Source of the DNA: Anolis carolinensis
Lineage: Eukaryota
Assembly (NCBI RefSeq): GCF_035594765.1
Contig: NW_026943820.1
Span: 5,774,647-5,838,646, forward strand
Direction of reading: 5' to 3'
DNA length: 64,000 bases
Below are positions 41,501-51,540 of the stretch, piece by piece. Position 1 is the first letter of the stretch. Each line of letters starts with the position of its first letter. Position numbers and translations under genes: made by a program. The notes beneath the pieces were generated by a model. It saw only the letters and a list, made by a program, of their open reading frames with translations, did no database searches and was not told where the DNA came from.

Positions 41501-43346
41501 TGGGAAGGGGGGCAGTGGGAGGGAGGGAGCTGAGTGGGATGCCTCCTTTCCAGCTTCTGCTCAGTCCCTTCTTCTGCCCCCCTTTCTACGGCAGGGGCCC
41601 TGCAGAGCAAAGCGGAGCTGCGCCTTCTGCGCCTCCTCGCCAGTGGCCGCACTCTGCTCCACTTGGCCTTGGCCCGGGCCGCCTTCCTCGTCCTCCTTGT
41701 GGGCCAGGCTTTTGTGCAGGTGAGGCCCCAGGTCAAGGTGGCATCTCCCATCAGCCCCTTCCAAAATAGGGCCAGGGGGAGGAGTACCGGTCACCCTCGA
41801 AAGAGACTGCACCCGTTTGAGCTGCCCACCTTCGCCTTGCTGCCTATCTCTTATCTGGTGGGGCTCATGGATTCCTCCCTCTTGCTGCCAGGGCCGTCGG
41901 ATGATACGGCAGAAGTGGGGCTACTTTGGCAACAAGAGGAACTTGCTGGACACGAGTGCCCTCTTGGTGGGCCTGGTCGCCTTCGGCCTGCAGTTCAAGA
42001 GGGCTTTCCTTGCCTATCAGATCCTTACGCAGTACCGCCAGAACCGCCGCCGGTGAGTCTCAATCAATACTTGGCCCCCTCCTGCCAAGAGCCCCAGGGA
42101 CAGACCCCCACCACTACCCCCGAGGCTTGTTGGAGGGCTCTCACTCTCCCCACCTGGTCAAAGGGACTCACTGGCTTTTCATCTGCTCCGCTGCAGGTTC
42201 ATCAGCCTCTACGAAATGGCTGAGGTGGACGCAGCCATCACCTATCTGATTGCCTTCCTATTGGCCTTGGCGACCGTCAAGCTGTGGAACCTCCTGCGCC
42301 TCAACGCCCGGATGCAGATCATCACACAGACGCTGCAGGCTGCCTGGGAGGACCTCCTGGGTTTCCTCCTGGTCCTCTTGGTGCTCCTGGCAGGGTACTC
42401 CATGGCGGTAAGACACTGGTCGGACAATGAGGAATCCAAGGGGGAACTGGAATGGCGGGGCTGGGAGTGAGGCCAGCCTCCTCCATCTGACTGTGCGTCC
42501 CTGCTTCTCTCCCTCCCCGCATGTGCTTCTTGGTCCATCCCTAGTGCAACCTCTTATTTGGTTGGAGCATCTTGGACTACAGAACCGTCTTGGACTCGGC
42601 CGTGACCATTGTGGGCCTCCTGATGGGAATCTTTGACTATCAAGAGGTGAGTGAGGGCCTGACCTTCCCTCATGTTCAGTGTTGGAAGCAAGGAGTTAGA
42701 GCCAGGCTGGCCCTGAGAGACCCTCACCTCCAAACTAAGAAGGAAGGCCTGACTCTGAGCATCCATGGGAAGGAGACTTTGGATGATGGCTAGCCCGCTG
42801 CCTTCTGCCTTAGGTTGTCGCTTTGGACCCTGTCCTGGGCTCCCTCCTGGTAATCTCCAGCATCTTCTCCATGGTGTTTGTCACCATCAACCTCTTAGTC
42901 TCGGTCCTCTTGATAGTCTTTGGGAGGAAGATGAAGGCTGCCAAGGTAGGTACACCTCAGGGCAGGCTCCAGGGCTGCCATGCCTCTCTGCCTCATTCCT
43001 CCTTCTCTTTGGGCTGCGCTCTGAGGGAGAGTGCTGCTCTCAGAGGCCAAAAGAACAATGGAGGGCCTTGGGAGAAGCTGCAGAGACACCCCTAGGGGCC
43101 ATGAAAGTTCAGCCCTGTGTAAACAACTGAGGGCCAGCTCTTCCTGCCAGGAAGCCAAGACCCACTGAAAGTGGCCCTCCTGCACCACAGCCAGGTCTCA
43201 GTCCAAGCTCAGGGTGCGCACCTCTCCCTCCTCCACAGGCCAGCAAGGAGGAGTCGATGCTACAGCTGATTCAGCTCAAGATCTCGCTCCTCTTTGGCAT
43301 TAAACAACAGATGCTGCCATCTGCTCCAAAGGAAACCCAAGACTGA
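29540..43346 (+). CDS. PKD1L3: Polycystin-1-like 3 (C-type-lectin-like, S/T/P stalk, GAIN/GPS, PLAT, 11-TM with TOP and TRP-like channel region); about 1841 aa
   Basis: 31 exons: 29540-29795, 30010-30132, 30338-30381, 30534-31007, 31135-31254, 32747-32929, 33064-33188, 33278-33404, 34051-34194, 34609-34855, 35019-35200, 35314-35544, 35630-35731, 35860-36041, 36166-36312, 36514-36713, 36877-37073, 37851-38058, 38167-38365, 38542-38842, 39009-39114, 39403-39540, 39676-39891, 40788-41088, 41364-41497, 41595-41719, 41892-42052, 42197-42407, 42545-42646, 42814-42945, 43239-43346 (two donors inferred as GC). Motifs CLCNHL|SFF, TGYRFGAGTSA, WYFLCNCWLA, RLRQIR, WLDRETRAIFVE, NLLFGWSILDYRT..SAVTIVGLLMGI. 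Syntenic position between DHODH and IST1. AATAAA at 43493. Confidence 0.9.
39166..39280 (+). mobile_element. CR1 LINE micro-fragment (endonuclease piece joined to 3' terminal repeat)
   Basis: Encodes YDVIGITETWWDDSHHWDVAIEGYNLF, followed directly by CTATGATTCTATTCT. Confidence 0.7.
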
Positions 43347-43492
43347 AGCCATGTTGTGGTCAATGGCCCTTTTCTGGTTGTGGACAGCCAGACTTCCCTG
43401 CTCTGCCAGAGCTCTTGTCCTCACACAGAACAGAAACTGGATTTGAGGGTTAAAGCTTTGGGGGTCTCTGTAGCCACTGCTGCTCTTTTCTC

Positions 43493-43734
43493 AATAAACA
43501 AGAAACCTGCTTTGCTGCCATTTGTCTCACAGGCCTTTTCATGGCTGGCTCACTTCTCCCTTTGACAAGCAAGGAGCCACTGCATGAAGACTCTTGGAAG
43601 AAGGGGCCCTGGAAGAAGGGGCCCTGGAAGGTGGGGCTGAACCAGGGACCCTTACCTTCCTGACCCCTCCAATGTCAAAGCAGTTCCCAGCAGACCGGTG
43701 AACGTGGATGGACAAATGATTCCTCAACTTTATT
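43493..43734. terminator. Convergent polyadenylation signals of PKD1L3 (AATAAA 43493-43498, +) and IST1 (43729-43734, -)
   Basis: Canonical hexamers downstream of each stop codon. Confidence 0.7.
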
Positions 43735-44490
43735 TAGAATCAACAGAGAAGGTACAAACCCACCAAATTGTCCCCGAAAAACCTTGTGAAATGGTTACAT
43801 ACGATGTGTTATCATACAGGAAAGGAAAGGCTGCCATCCTCGACTGGGCCTCTGCGCAGGCTGGGCCACAGGGGACCAAGCAGCAGGAGCGGAGCCACAG
43901 CCACAAAAACAGCCCAGGATTAGGCTGGGGATGGAGCAGGAGCCGGGGGACAGGACCCTGGAGAAAGGGGGGACTCCTGGGGTCCCATTAAGGCAGCGCC
44001 AGGGCTCTCTGAGGCGGGAAAGTGTGCCTGTCCCCCATAAAGTACACCGAGCAGCAAGAGTCCCAGCCCCAGAGGAGATGGCAGGGTGGGACCCCCATTC
44101 CCCAGCACCTTTCCCCACAGAAAAGTCCTAAAGGCCCCAGAGGGCTCCCTGAGAATGCAGCAGGGGGCCCAAGGCAGCTCCCTGCCCCCCTCCTCCACAG
44201 CATAGTCTCAGGCCACAGAAAGAGGGAGGGCGGGCATCTGTCCACCAAGCTGCCAGGCCTCCCCAGCTGCCTTCCCGCAGAGAGCACAGCTTGGCCGGGG
44301 CCTGGAGGTACCTCCTGCTCCATCTCCAAGAGGCAGAGCAGCAGGAATCAGAGAAGCAGAAGGAGTGCAGAGATGGCGCTGGGTGTTAAGAGGAGCAGGG
44401 AAACGCCAGAAGAAGAGAGGAAGAGGAGAGAGCCCTGTCGAGAAGGAGGAAGGGCCAGTCCGCACCACTCAGCTGCCCTCCAGGCCCCTC

Positions 44491-47400
44491 TTAGGTCTTC
44501 TTCTTCAGCTCCTCAAACCTTCGAGAGAGATCATCGAAGTCTATGTCTTCGGAGGCCGAGCCGGCAGAAGCAGCGGGAAGGGTGTCTGGCACCGAAGGCA
44601 GCTCCGGCAGCACAAAGTTATCCCCCGAACTGGGTGCGGAGGCTGGGGGCCGCGCTCGGGGGGCTGGCTTGGGGCTGGGGCCTGGAGAAAGGAGGGAGGT
44701 CGGGAGGTCGGAGAAAGGGGCTGAGCCAAGGGCCAACCGGTAAAGTACTCCCGCTCAGAGAAGAAGGCCCTGATCTGAGTGAAAGAGGGGCTGCAGGTGA
44801 TTCTGATGAGGGAACGGCTGTCTCATGCTCCCTCTACCCCCCGCCCTGAAAGGAGCATCCTCCAAGGCCCAGCTTTTCTCTCTTCTGCAGTCACGGCATA
44901 TGCTTCCCAGGCTCACACGCCACTTACCTGTCACCTGTGGTGGTGGCACGTTCTTGTTGTCAATACCCACATCATCGATCTAGAAGAGAGAAACACATCA
45001 GTGGGAGTCCTTCCTTGTCTTTTCAGGGAATCCCTTCCCTGTCCCACCTCCAACTGTTGGGGGAGGAAAGCCAAAGACCCCTCTGTGAGGTGCCTGGTTT
45101 TGCCTCAGTGGTACGCCCACCCGCTTGGTTCTGTCCTTGGAATTAAAACTATTCCTAAGTGAGAAGGATGGGGTTTGGTGGCAGGAAGTGTCAGAAATAT
45201 TAAAAATTAACTAGGTATTATTAATTACAAAAATGGGAGTCAAGAACTGAAAGGGTTAATCAAGTGAGTGTCGTCCTGAGAAGAGTGAGTAGGCCGAAGC
45301 CTGTTTGTTAGTGGGCCAAAGCTAGTTTCATCCTGAGGAGTGAGAGAAGCCTCAGTGTGAGAAGGCCTGGTGTGAGAAGCTTCAGTGAGAGAGACCCCAG
45401 GTTGAAGGCCTCGTGTGTGAAGCTCCTGTGTAAGTTCAGTGTGAGGAGGCTCTGTGAGAGTGAAGCTGTTTATCTGCATGTGAAAGAAGCCCAGTGTGGA
45501 AGCAAAGAAGGAAGTAGAGTCTCACTTATCCAAGACTCACTTATCCAATGCATTTTTGTAGTCAATGTTTTCAATATTTCGTGATATTTTGGTGCTAAAT
45601 TCGTAAATACAGTAATTACAACATAACATTACTTCATATTGAACTACTTTTTCTGTCAAATTCGTTGTATAACATGATGTTTTGGTGCTTAATTTGTAAA
45701 ATCATAACCTAATTTGATGTTTAATAGGCTTTTCCTTAATCCCTCCTTATTATCCAAGATATTCACTTATCCAAGGTTCTGCCGGCCCATTTAGCTTGGA
45801 TAAATGAGACTCTACTGTATAAAGAACATTGTGTTGTGGAAACCTTGTTTTGTAAATAGCACAATCATATTATTTTGCTATAAAGAAAATCATTCTAAGA
45901 AAGATGTAACATTAGTCTGTGCGTTTTTGTTATTTTTATCACTTTTGGCTACTGGTGCTGGGTCCGCTTGCTGCTAGTAAGTTACTCTGTTGTACATTTA
46001 TGGGAGGGTCTTTTGTTAATAAGTCCACTCACCCAACAGGAATGGGGTACTCTTCTTGCAAAGTCAGGAAAACATGGAAGTAGAGGCACCAGACACCCCA
46101 TGCATCCCTCCCCAGCAGGAAAGCCAAGGCCTCCCAAAAGCTGTTACTTACGGATTCGTAGGTGGGTGGAGTGGCTGGGATCTGCGGAGGGCGAAGGCTG
46201 GTGAATGGCTGGTAGGTGCCCACAGGGAGCCCATTGAAGTTCTCCTGTAGGAAAAAGGCCGGATGAGATCCCTTGGAGGCAAATCATCTCTGGGAATGGA
46301 CAGAGGGGCTGGTGGGCGGGAGGGAGAGTCCCAGGACCCCAACCGCTCTGGAACTGTTCTCCTGCCGAAACACCCGGACCTCCCAAAGTTTCTTACCGGT
46401 GGTCCCATTGGGGCTGGGAAGGAGAACGGGGGAGCCGGAGAGGGCATAGGCATTGGCATGGGCAAAGGCATCGGTGCAACTCCGTCAGGGCCAACCAACG
46501 GGGCTGTAAAGCCTCCGCCACCCCCTCCGCCCCGGCCCCCTCTCTTTGGGTCATCCACAAATCCCACGTCGATCAGGTCACTCTCCGCATCTGCAGGGGC
46601 CTCAGCCTGCAGGAAGAGAAGCAAGGCCCAGGCCCTGAGCATATGGGGGAACAGAAGACATGGCCTTCACCCTCTGCCAGCGGAACAACCCTTGGCCCTC
46701 GCTCACCAAGACCACGGAGTCCGGCTCGTAGGGCACGTTGTAGTTCTTCGCAATCTCAATCAGGTACCTCTCCACTAGGATTTTGGGAGGGGCCTCGACA
46801 CTCAGCTTGTGCATCAGCTGCAAAACAAGGGGTGGCGAGGACAAAGGAATGAGCTGGACTGAAAAGCCAAAGAACAAGACCTCTAAACCAGGCCTGGGCC
46901 AACTTTGGCCCTCCCTCCAGGTATTTTGGGTGTTAGGAATTGTGGAAGGAGAAGTCTAAAACACATGGAGGACCGAAATTGGCCCAGGCCTGCTCTACAC
47001 TCAGCTGTGCAGCTCAACAAATGCCCCCACACAAAGCCAAGGGCTCATCTCTAAGATGCACAAAGGTGCCCCCCCCCCCCGCCCCGTTCCCCAATCAGCA
47101 GAGCCTGGTGCCACTCACCCTGTCGTTCACTGTCCCAATCTGGTTGGTGCGGCAAAGCTTCCCGTATTCTTTGCTATACTTGGCACACAGCTGGTCCGCC
47201 ACCTGGACAAAGATACACTGCTTAGGATAGGGGTATTCTAAGGGGGGAACTGCAAAGAGTCGGAGACAGCAGGACTAGAACCAGTCTCCTCATCTGCTGA
47301 CTGCTTCCCTGAAAAGGGGAGGAACTCCCCGCTCCCAAACTGGACCCCTCTCAATCTGTCAAGATTTTTAAGTTACACAGCATTTCTTTAAGTGATAAAA

Positions 47401-50400
47401 AGGATCAGAGTCTCAGGCTTAACCACAGGTGTCATTGTAATTGGCGTGTGGTGGCTAGTGCTGACACTGTAGTATATACATTGTAGTAACCCTGAGCTAC
47501 TTTGATGAGGGTGGATGAAGGTTTGAGAGTTGATGAGGAGGATTGTAGAGACAGAGGTTGTAAATATTGTATCAACTGTGTTCATAGTGCTGCTGCAAGT
47601 AAAGAGAAAGACCTTTCGGGTTGCTGTGAGTTTTCCGGCTGTATGGCCACGTTCTAGAAGCATTCTCTCCTCTTCATCAAGTGCTCTGCTATGGCTAATA
47701 GACCTTACAACCTCTGAGGGTGCCTGCTATAGATGTGGGCGAAACATCAGGAGAGAATGCTTTTGGAACATGGCCATACAGCCTGGAAAACTCACAGCAA
47801 CCCAATATTCCAGCCATAAAGACCTTCGACAACACAGGAAAACCTTCCTTTTTTGTGTGTTCTTGCTCCTGAAGAAGACGGCTACAACTACCTGAAGGTA
47901 TCTGGCTCCTTAACAGGAACCAATAGAGTTCCTTCTGCTCTTATAGGGAAAGTTATAGCTGCATAGAACCCCTGACGCAGTCTACTCACAATCTTGAGCT
48001 CTGCCACTTCTGACTGGAGCCGGGGAGCTGCCCAGATGAGGGTGGAGATGGCTTCCGCCAGGCCAGAGTCCAGCTCCCTGCAGGATGGGAGAAATGCCTG
48101 ACTCAACCGCGGAGGAAGGGGCAGCAGGGCTCAAGGCCCATTCAGGAAGGAGCCCACCCCTCGGTGCCTTCCCTTCTTTCCTCCCTCCCTGGCCCTTACT
48201 TCATGGAGTGGATGAGGCCAAAGCGGGCCAGGAGTAGGTCGCAGTAGAGCTCCAGGATCTCCATGGCCTCCACCAGGTAGTCCTCCCGGATGATGTGCTC
48301 CACCCGGATGCGGGCTCGCTCATCTTTCCCGGCCGAGAGGTAGTCCGCAATCTCCTTCCGGGCCTTTTGGGCCAGTTCCGCTGCAGGAGAAAAGGGGAGG
48401 GGGTCTCTCAGGGAGGGGAGGGGCTAGCAAACCCCATCCATTTCCTTCCAGTCTGAATGACAAATGTTTAATCTTATGCCTCTTATGTTCAATCTTTATA
48501 TTGTGTATTTCAATATGTATTTTGCGGAAATATGTTTTAATACATGCATTGTAAAGAATGCCTTTAGATCAGGCAGGTTAGGAATGGTGGGAGTTGAAGT
48601 CCAAAACACCCAGAGGACCAAAGTTTGCTCATGCCCGATCCAGATGAATGTTTGTTTTAGCAATGTTTTAACCCGCCTTGATCTCAAGGGCCTCCACAGC
48701 CAACCTTTAGACTCTTGTTGGCTCATAAGTGGAGATGCGTTTAGACAGGTAAGTTCGACCAGAACAGTTTAGGGCTGTACAGGCCAAAAGGCTATAGCTC
48801 CCACTACTTAGGAAACACCAATGGTTCTTCCTCCAATGACAATGCAGATTATAGAGCATACCAATGTTCTCCACAAACACCATACTGTCCACCACCACCC
48901 AAGTGAAGGCTTTCATTCTAGATTTTTGTTTTGCCTCCACCACAGACATCCCAGTGTCCCTTGCTCTCTCCATCTCCCACATTAACAGAATTTGCATGAC
49001 ATTGCCCATTGCCACTTCCATAACCCTTTACTATTCTTTTCTATAGTACACAGCAAACAGAGGAATTAATCAGCAACTGAACATACTAATAATAATAATA
49101 ATAAACTTCATTTCTAACCCGCCGCCATCTCCCTGAAGGGATTTGTGGCAGCTAACAAAATACAGCAAAATGCCACATGTAGAAAACAGATAAATATAAA
49201 ACGATAAAACCGTAGAATTACAATGACACACATACAGAATTAAAATGTCAAACATTAAATTTCATAAAATGTAGTTACAGCTGCGGATAAAAACAACTTG
49301 TTTCGACTGACACAGAATGCACAGAACATAGATATAAATGCTAAGTGACTGGCAATCAGTTCTGGTTGCTGTCCAAACATTTTCAAATGCCAGCTGGGAA
49401 AACCAAGTTTTTAACTCTTTCTTAAAAGTATTGTAGTGTAGGGGCTTGCCTAAGTTCCCCAAGGAGGGTGTTCCTGAGCCGGGGCACCACCATCGACAAG
49501 GCCCTCTCTCTCATCCCCACCAACCGTATTTGAGGCGGTGGTGGGACTGAGAGAAGAGCCTCCCCAGCAGATCTCAATGTTCACGCCAGTTCATATAAGG
49601 AGATGCAGTCTCAAAGATAGGTTAGACCCGAAGCATATAAAGCTTTATAGGCAAACACCTGGAGCCTCTGGTGGCACAGCGGGTTATTTATTGTGGTTTA
49701 TTTATTGTAATATGTTTTAACTGTTCTTCAGCTTAGAAATGGAGATGAGCATCAACCCCCAGAGTCGGACACGACTAGACTTAATCTCAGGGGAAAACCT
49801 TTACCCTACCTAGATAATCACCTGGACTTTGAACTGGACCCGGAACATTAGAGAGATTTGGGGAAAATTCACCATGAGTTATAGGAATTGTAAGTACAGT
49901 GCTAGGATGTTATTATTACTATTACTATTACAGTAGAGACTCGCTTATCCAAGCCTCTGGATTATCCAAGTCATTTTTGTAGTCAATGTTTTCAATATAT
50001 CGAATATATATTCAAGAACTGAAAGGGTTAATCAAGTGAGTGTCGTCCTGAGGAGAGTGAGTAGGCCGAAGCCTGTTTGTTAGTGGGTCAATGCTACTCT
50101 CATCCTGAAGAGTGAGAGAAGCCTCAGTGTGAGAAGGCCTGGTGTGAGAAGCTTCAGTGAGAGTGACCCCAGGTTGAAGGCCTCGTGTGTGAAGCTCCTG
50201 TGTAAGTTCAGTGTGAGGAGGCTCTGTGAGAGTGAAGCTGTTTATCTGCATGTGAAAGAAGCCCAGTATGGAAGCAAAGAAGGAAGTACAGTAGAGTCTC
50301 ATTTATCCAAGACTCGCTTATCCAAGGTTCTGGATTATCCAATGCATTTTTGTAGTCAATGTTTTCAATACATTGTGATATTTTGGTGCTAAATTCGTAA

Positions 50401-50765
50401 ATGCAGTAATTACTACATAGCATTACTGGGTATTGAACTACTTTTTCTGTCAAATTTGTTATATAGCATGATGTTTTGGTACTTAATTTGTAAAATCATA
50501 ACCTAATTTGATGTTTAATATGCTTTTCCTTAATCCCTCCTTATTATCCAAGATATTCGCTTATCCAAGCTTCTGCCGGCCCGTTTATGTTGGATAAGTG
50601 AGACTCTACTGTATTACAATTACTGTTGTTATTATTGTTATGATCCCGCTCCCTCTTTCCCAGGAGCCCAGACTCACTCTTTTTCTTCTCCAGCAGCTTC
50701 AGCCGGTTGATGACCAGGCGGAGGTTGACGCGCAGGCGCTCGGCCTTGAAACCGGAGCCCAGCAT
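44491..50765 (-). CDS. IST1: IST1 factor associated with ESCRT-III; 365 aa
   Basis: 9 coding exons: 50678-50765, 48200-48380, 47990-48077, 47119-47202, 46707-46817, 46397-46606, 46152-46244, 44928-44979, 44491-44681. MLGSGFKAERLRVNLRLVINRLKLLEKKK, PMPMPMP tract, FVLPELPSVP (MIM2), DIDFDDLSRRFEELKKKT* (MIM1). Confidence 0.97.
45189..46038. mobile_element. Probable solo LTR containing a mariner MITE (about 45513-45817)
   Basis: TGT...ACA ends. Near-TSD GGAAG/GGAAT. MITE TIRs inside. Confidence 0.6.
47615..47835. mobile_element. Penelope-like pLTR fragments (inverted pair)
   Basis: Family similarity to the other copies. Hammerhead core mutated (CTGAGGG). Confidence 0.75.
49085..49640 (-). mobile_element. 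L2-clade LINE 3' fragment
   Basis: Minus strand has ORF2 C-terminal remnants (RERALSMVVPRL..., FKKELKTWF) and a (TAT)n tail. Confidence 0.65.
49931..50611. mobile_element. Composite element: MITE left arm + LTR fragment (50012-50288) + complete MITE (50289-50611)
   Basis: Outer TIRs with TA flanks. The internal 277 bp is nearly identical to 45240-45512. Confidence 0.75.
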
Positions 50766-50779
50766 CCTGGGGGTCTTCC

Positions 50780-51540
50780 TGGCAAAAGAGGGCGGGGCGT
50801 CAGGACAAGGCCCCACCCCTTCCGAGGCCCCACCCTCGGGCCTTGAGGGCCGAAATGACTGACTGTCCCGAGCTCGGCAAGAAGGAGAGGCGGGAGGAGG
50901 CCCTGCTAATCCCGGCCTAGGAGACCCGAGGCCTCCGAAGCTCTCCCGCGGAAGGAAGAAGCCCAGAAGCCTCCCTCCGCGGCCTTGTGTTTCTACCGAA
51001 GCCTGCCTACCGGAGTGACGCGCTTCCCCGGCCTCGCTGTCTCCTCAGGGGCTTCCCGGTCCCCTCCGCCGGCGGAAGTGGCGTGAGGCGAATGCGAGGA
51101 CCTTTGTGCGGAACTACTTTCTCGGCGGAGGGAGCGGCCTTTTTTCCGTCCTTCTCTTCCTCCTTCCGGGTAGGCGGGGCTAAAAAGGGACGTCAACTTC
51201 CGGGAGCGGTGCTCCGCTCTGTGCGGCCCGTGCGGCGCCTGGGCTGGCGCAGGAGGGTTCCGCCCTGGCTGCGCGGCCGGGAGGGAGGGGCTGGAGATCC
51301 CTCCCGGGCCGGGGACCGCGGAAGGCGCCTCGCTGGGCCCCCGAGCCTGTTCTGCGCCGCGCCGAACCCGACGGCGCCATCTTCCCTCCCTCTTCCCATC
51401 CCTTCATCCCTCCCCGTTTGGCCCTTTGTCTTCCGGGGCGGCGCCTTCTTCGCCGAGGGGGGCCTTGACACCGCCGTGGCTCTGGGGCGCCCCTTCGGGG
51501 GGGAGCCATGTCCCGGAGGAAACAGACCACCCCCAACAAA
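50780..51540. promoter_or_regulatory. Bidirectional CpG-island promoter shared by IST1 (-) and ZNF821 (+)
   Basis: CpG-rich. ETS-like CGGAAGTG (about 51073), ZNF143-like ACTACTTTCTC (about 51113), YY1-like CGCCATCTT (about 51375). Divergent 5' splice donors at 51010 (-) and 51170 (+). Confidence 0.8.

Noticed and set aside
19981-43346. Treating the whole polycystin region as one long PKD1L3 gene
   Set aside because: GPS, PLAT and TM1-5 each occur twice. The first unit ends in a stop, and the second has its own TATA box and signal peptide.
40678-47412. Short inverted similarity between about 40678-40720 and about 47372-47412
   Set aside because: Most likely two old fragments of one interspersed repeat; too short and diverged to support a structural claim.
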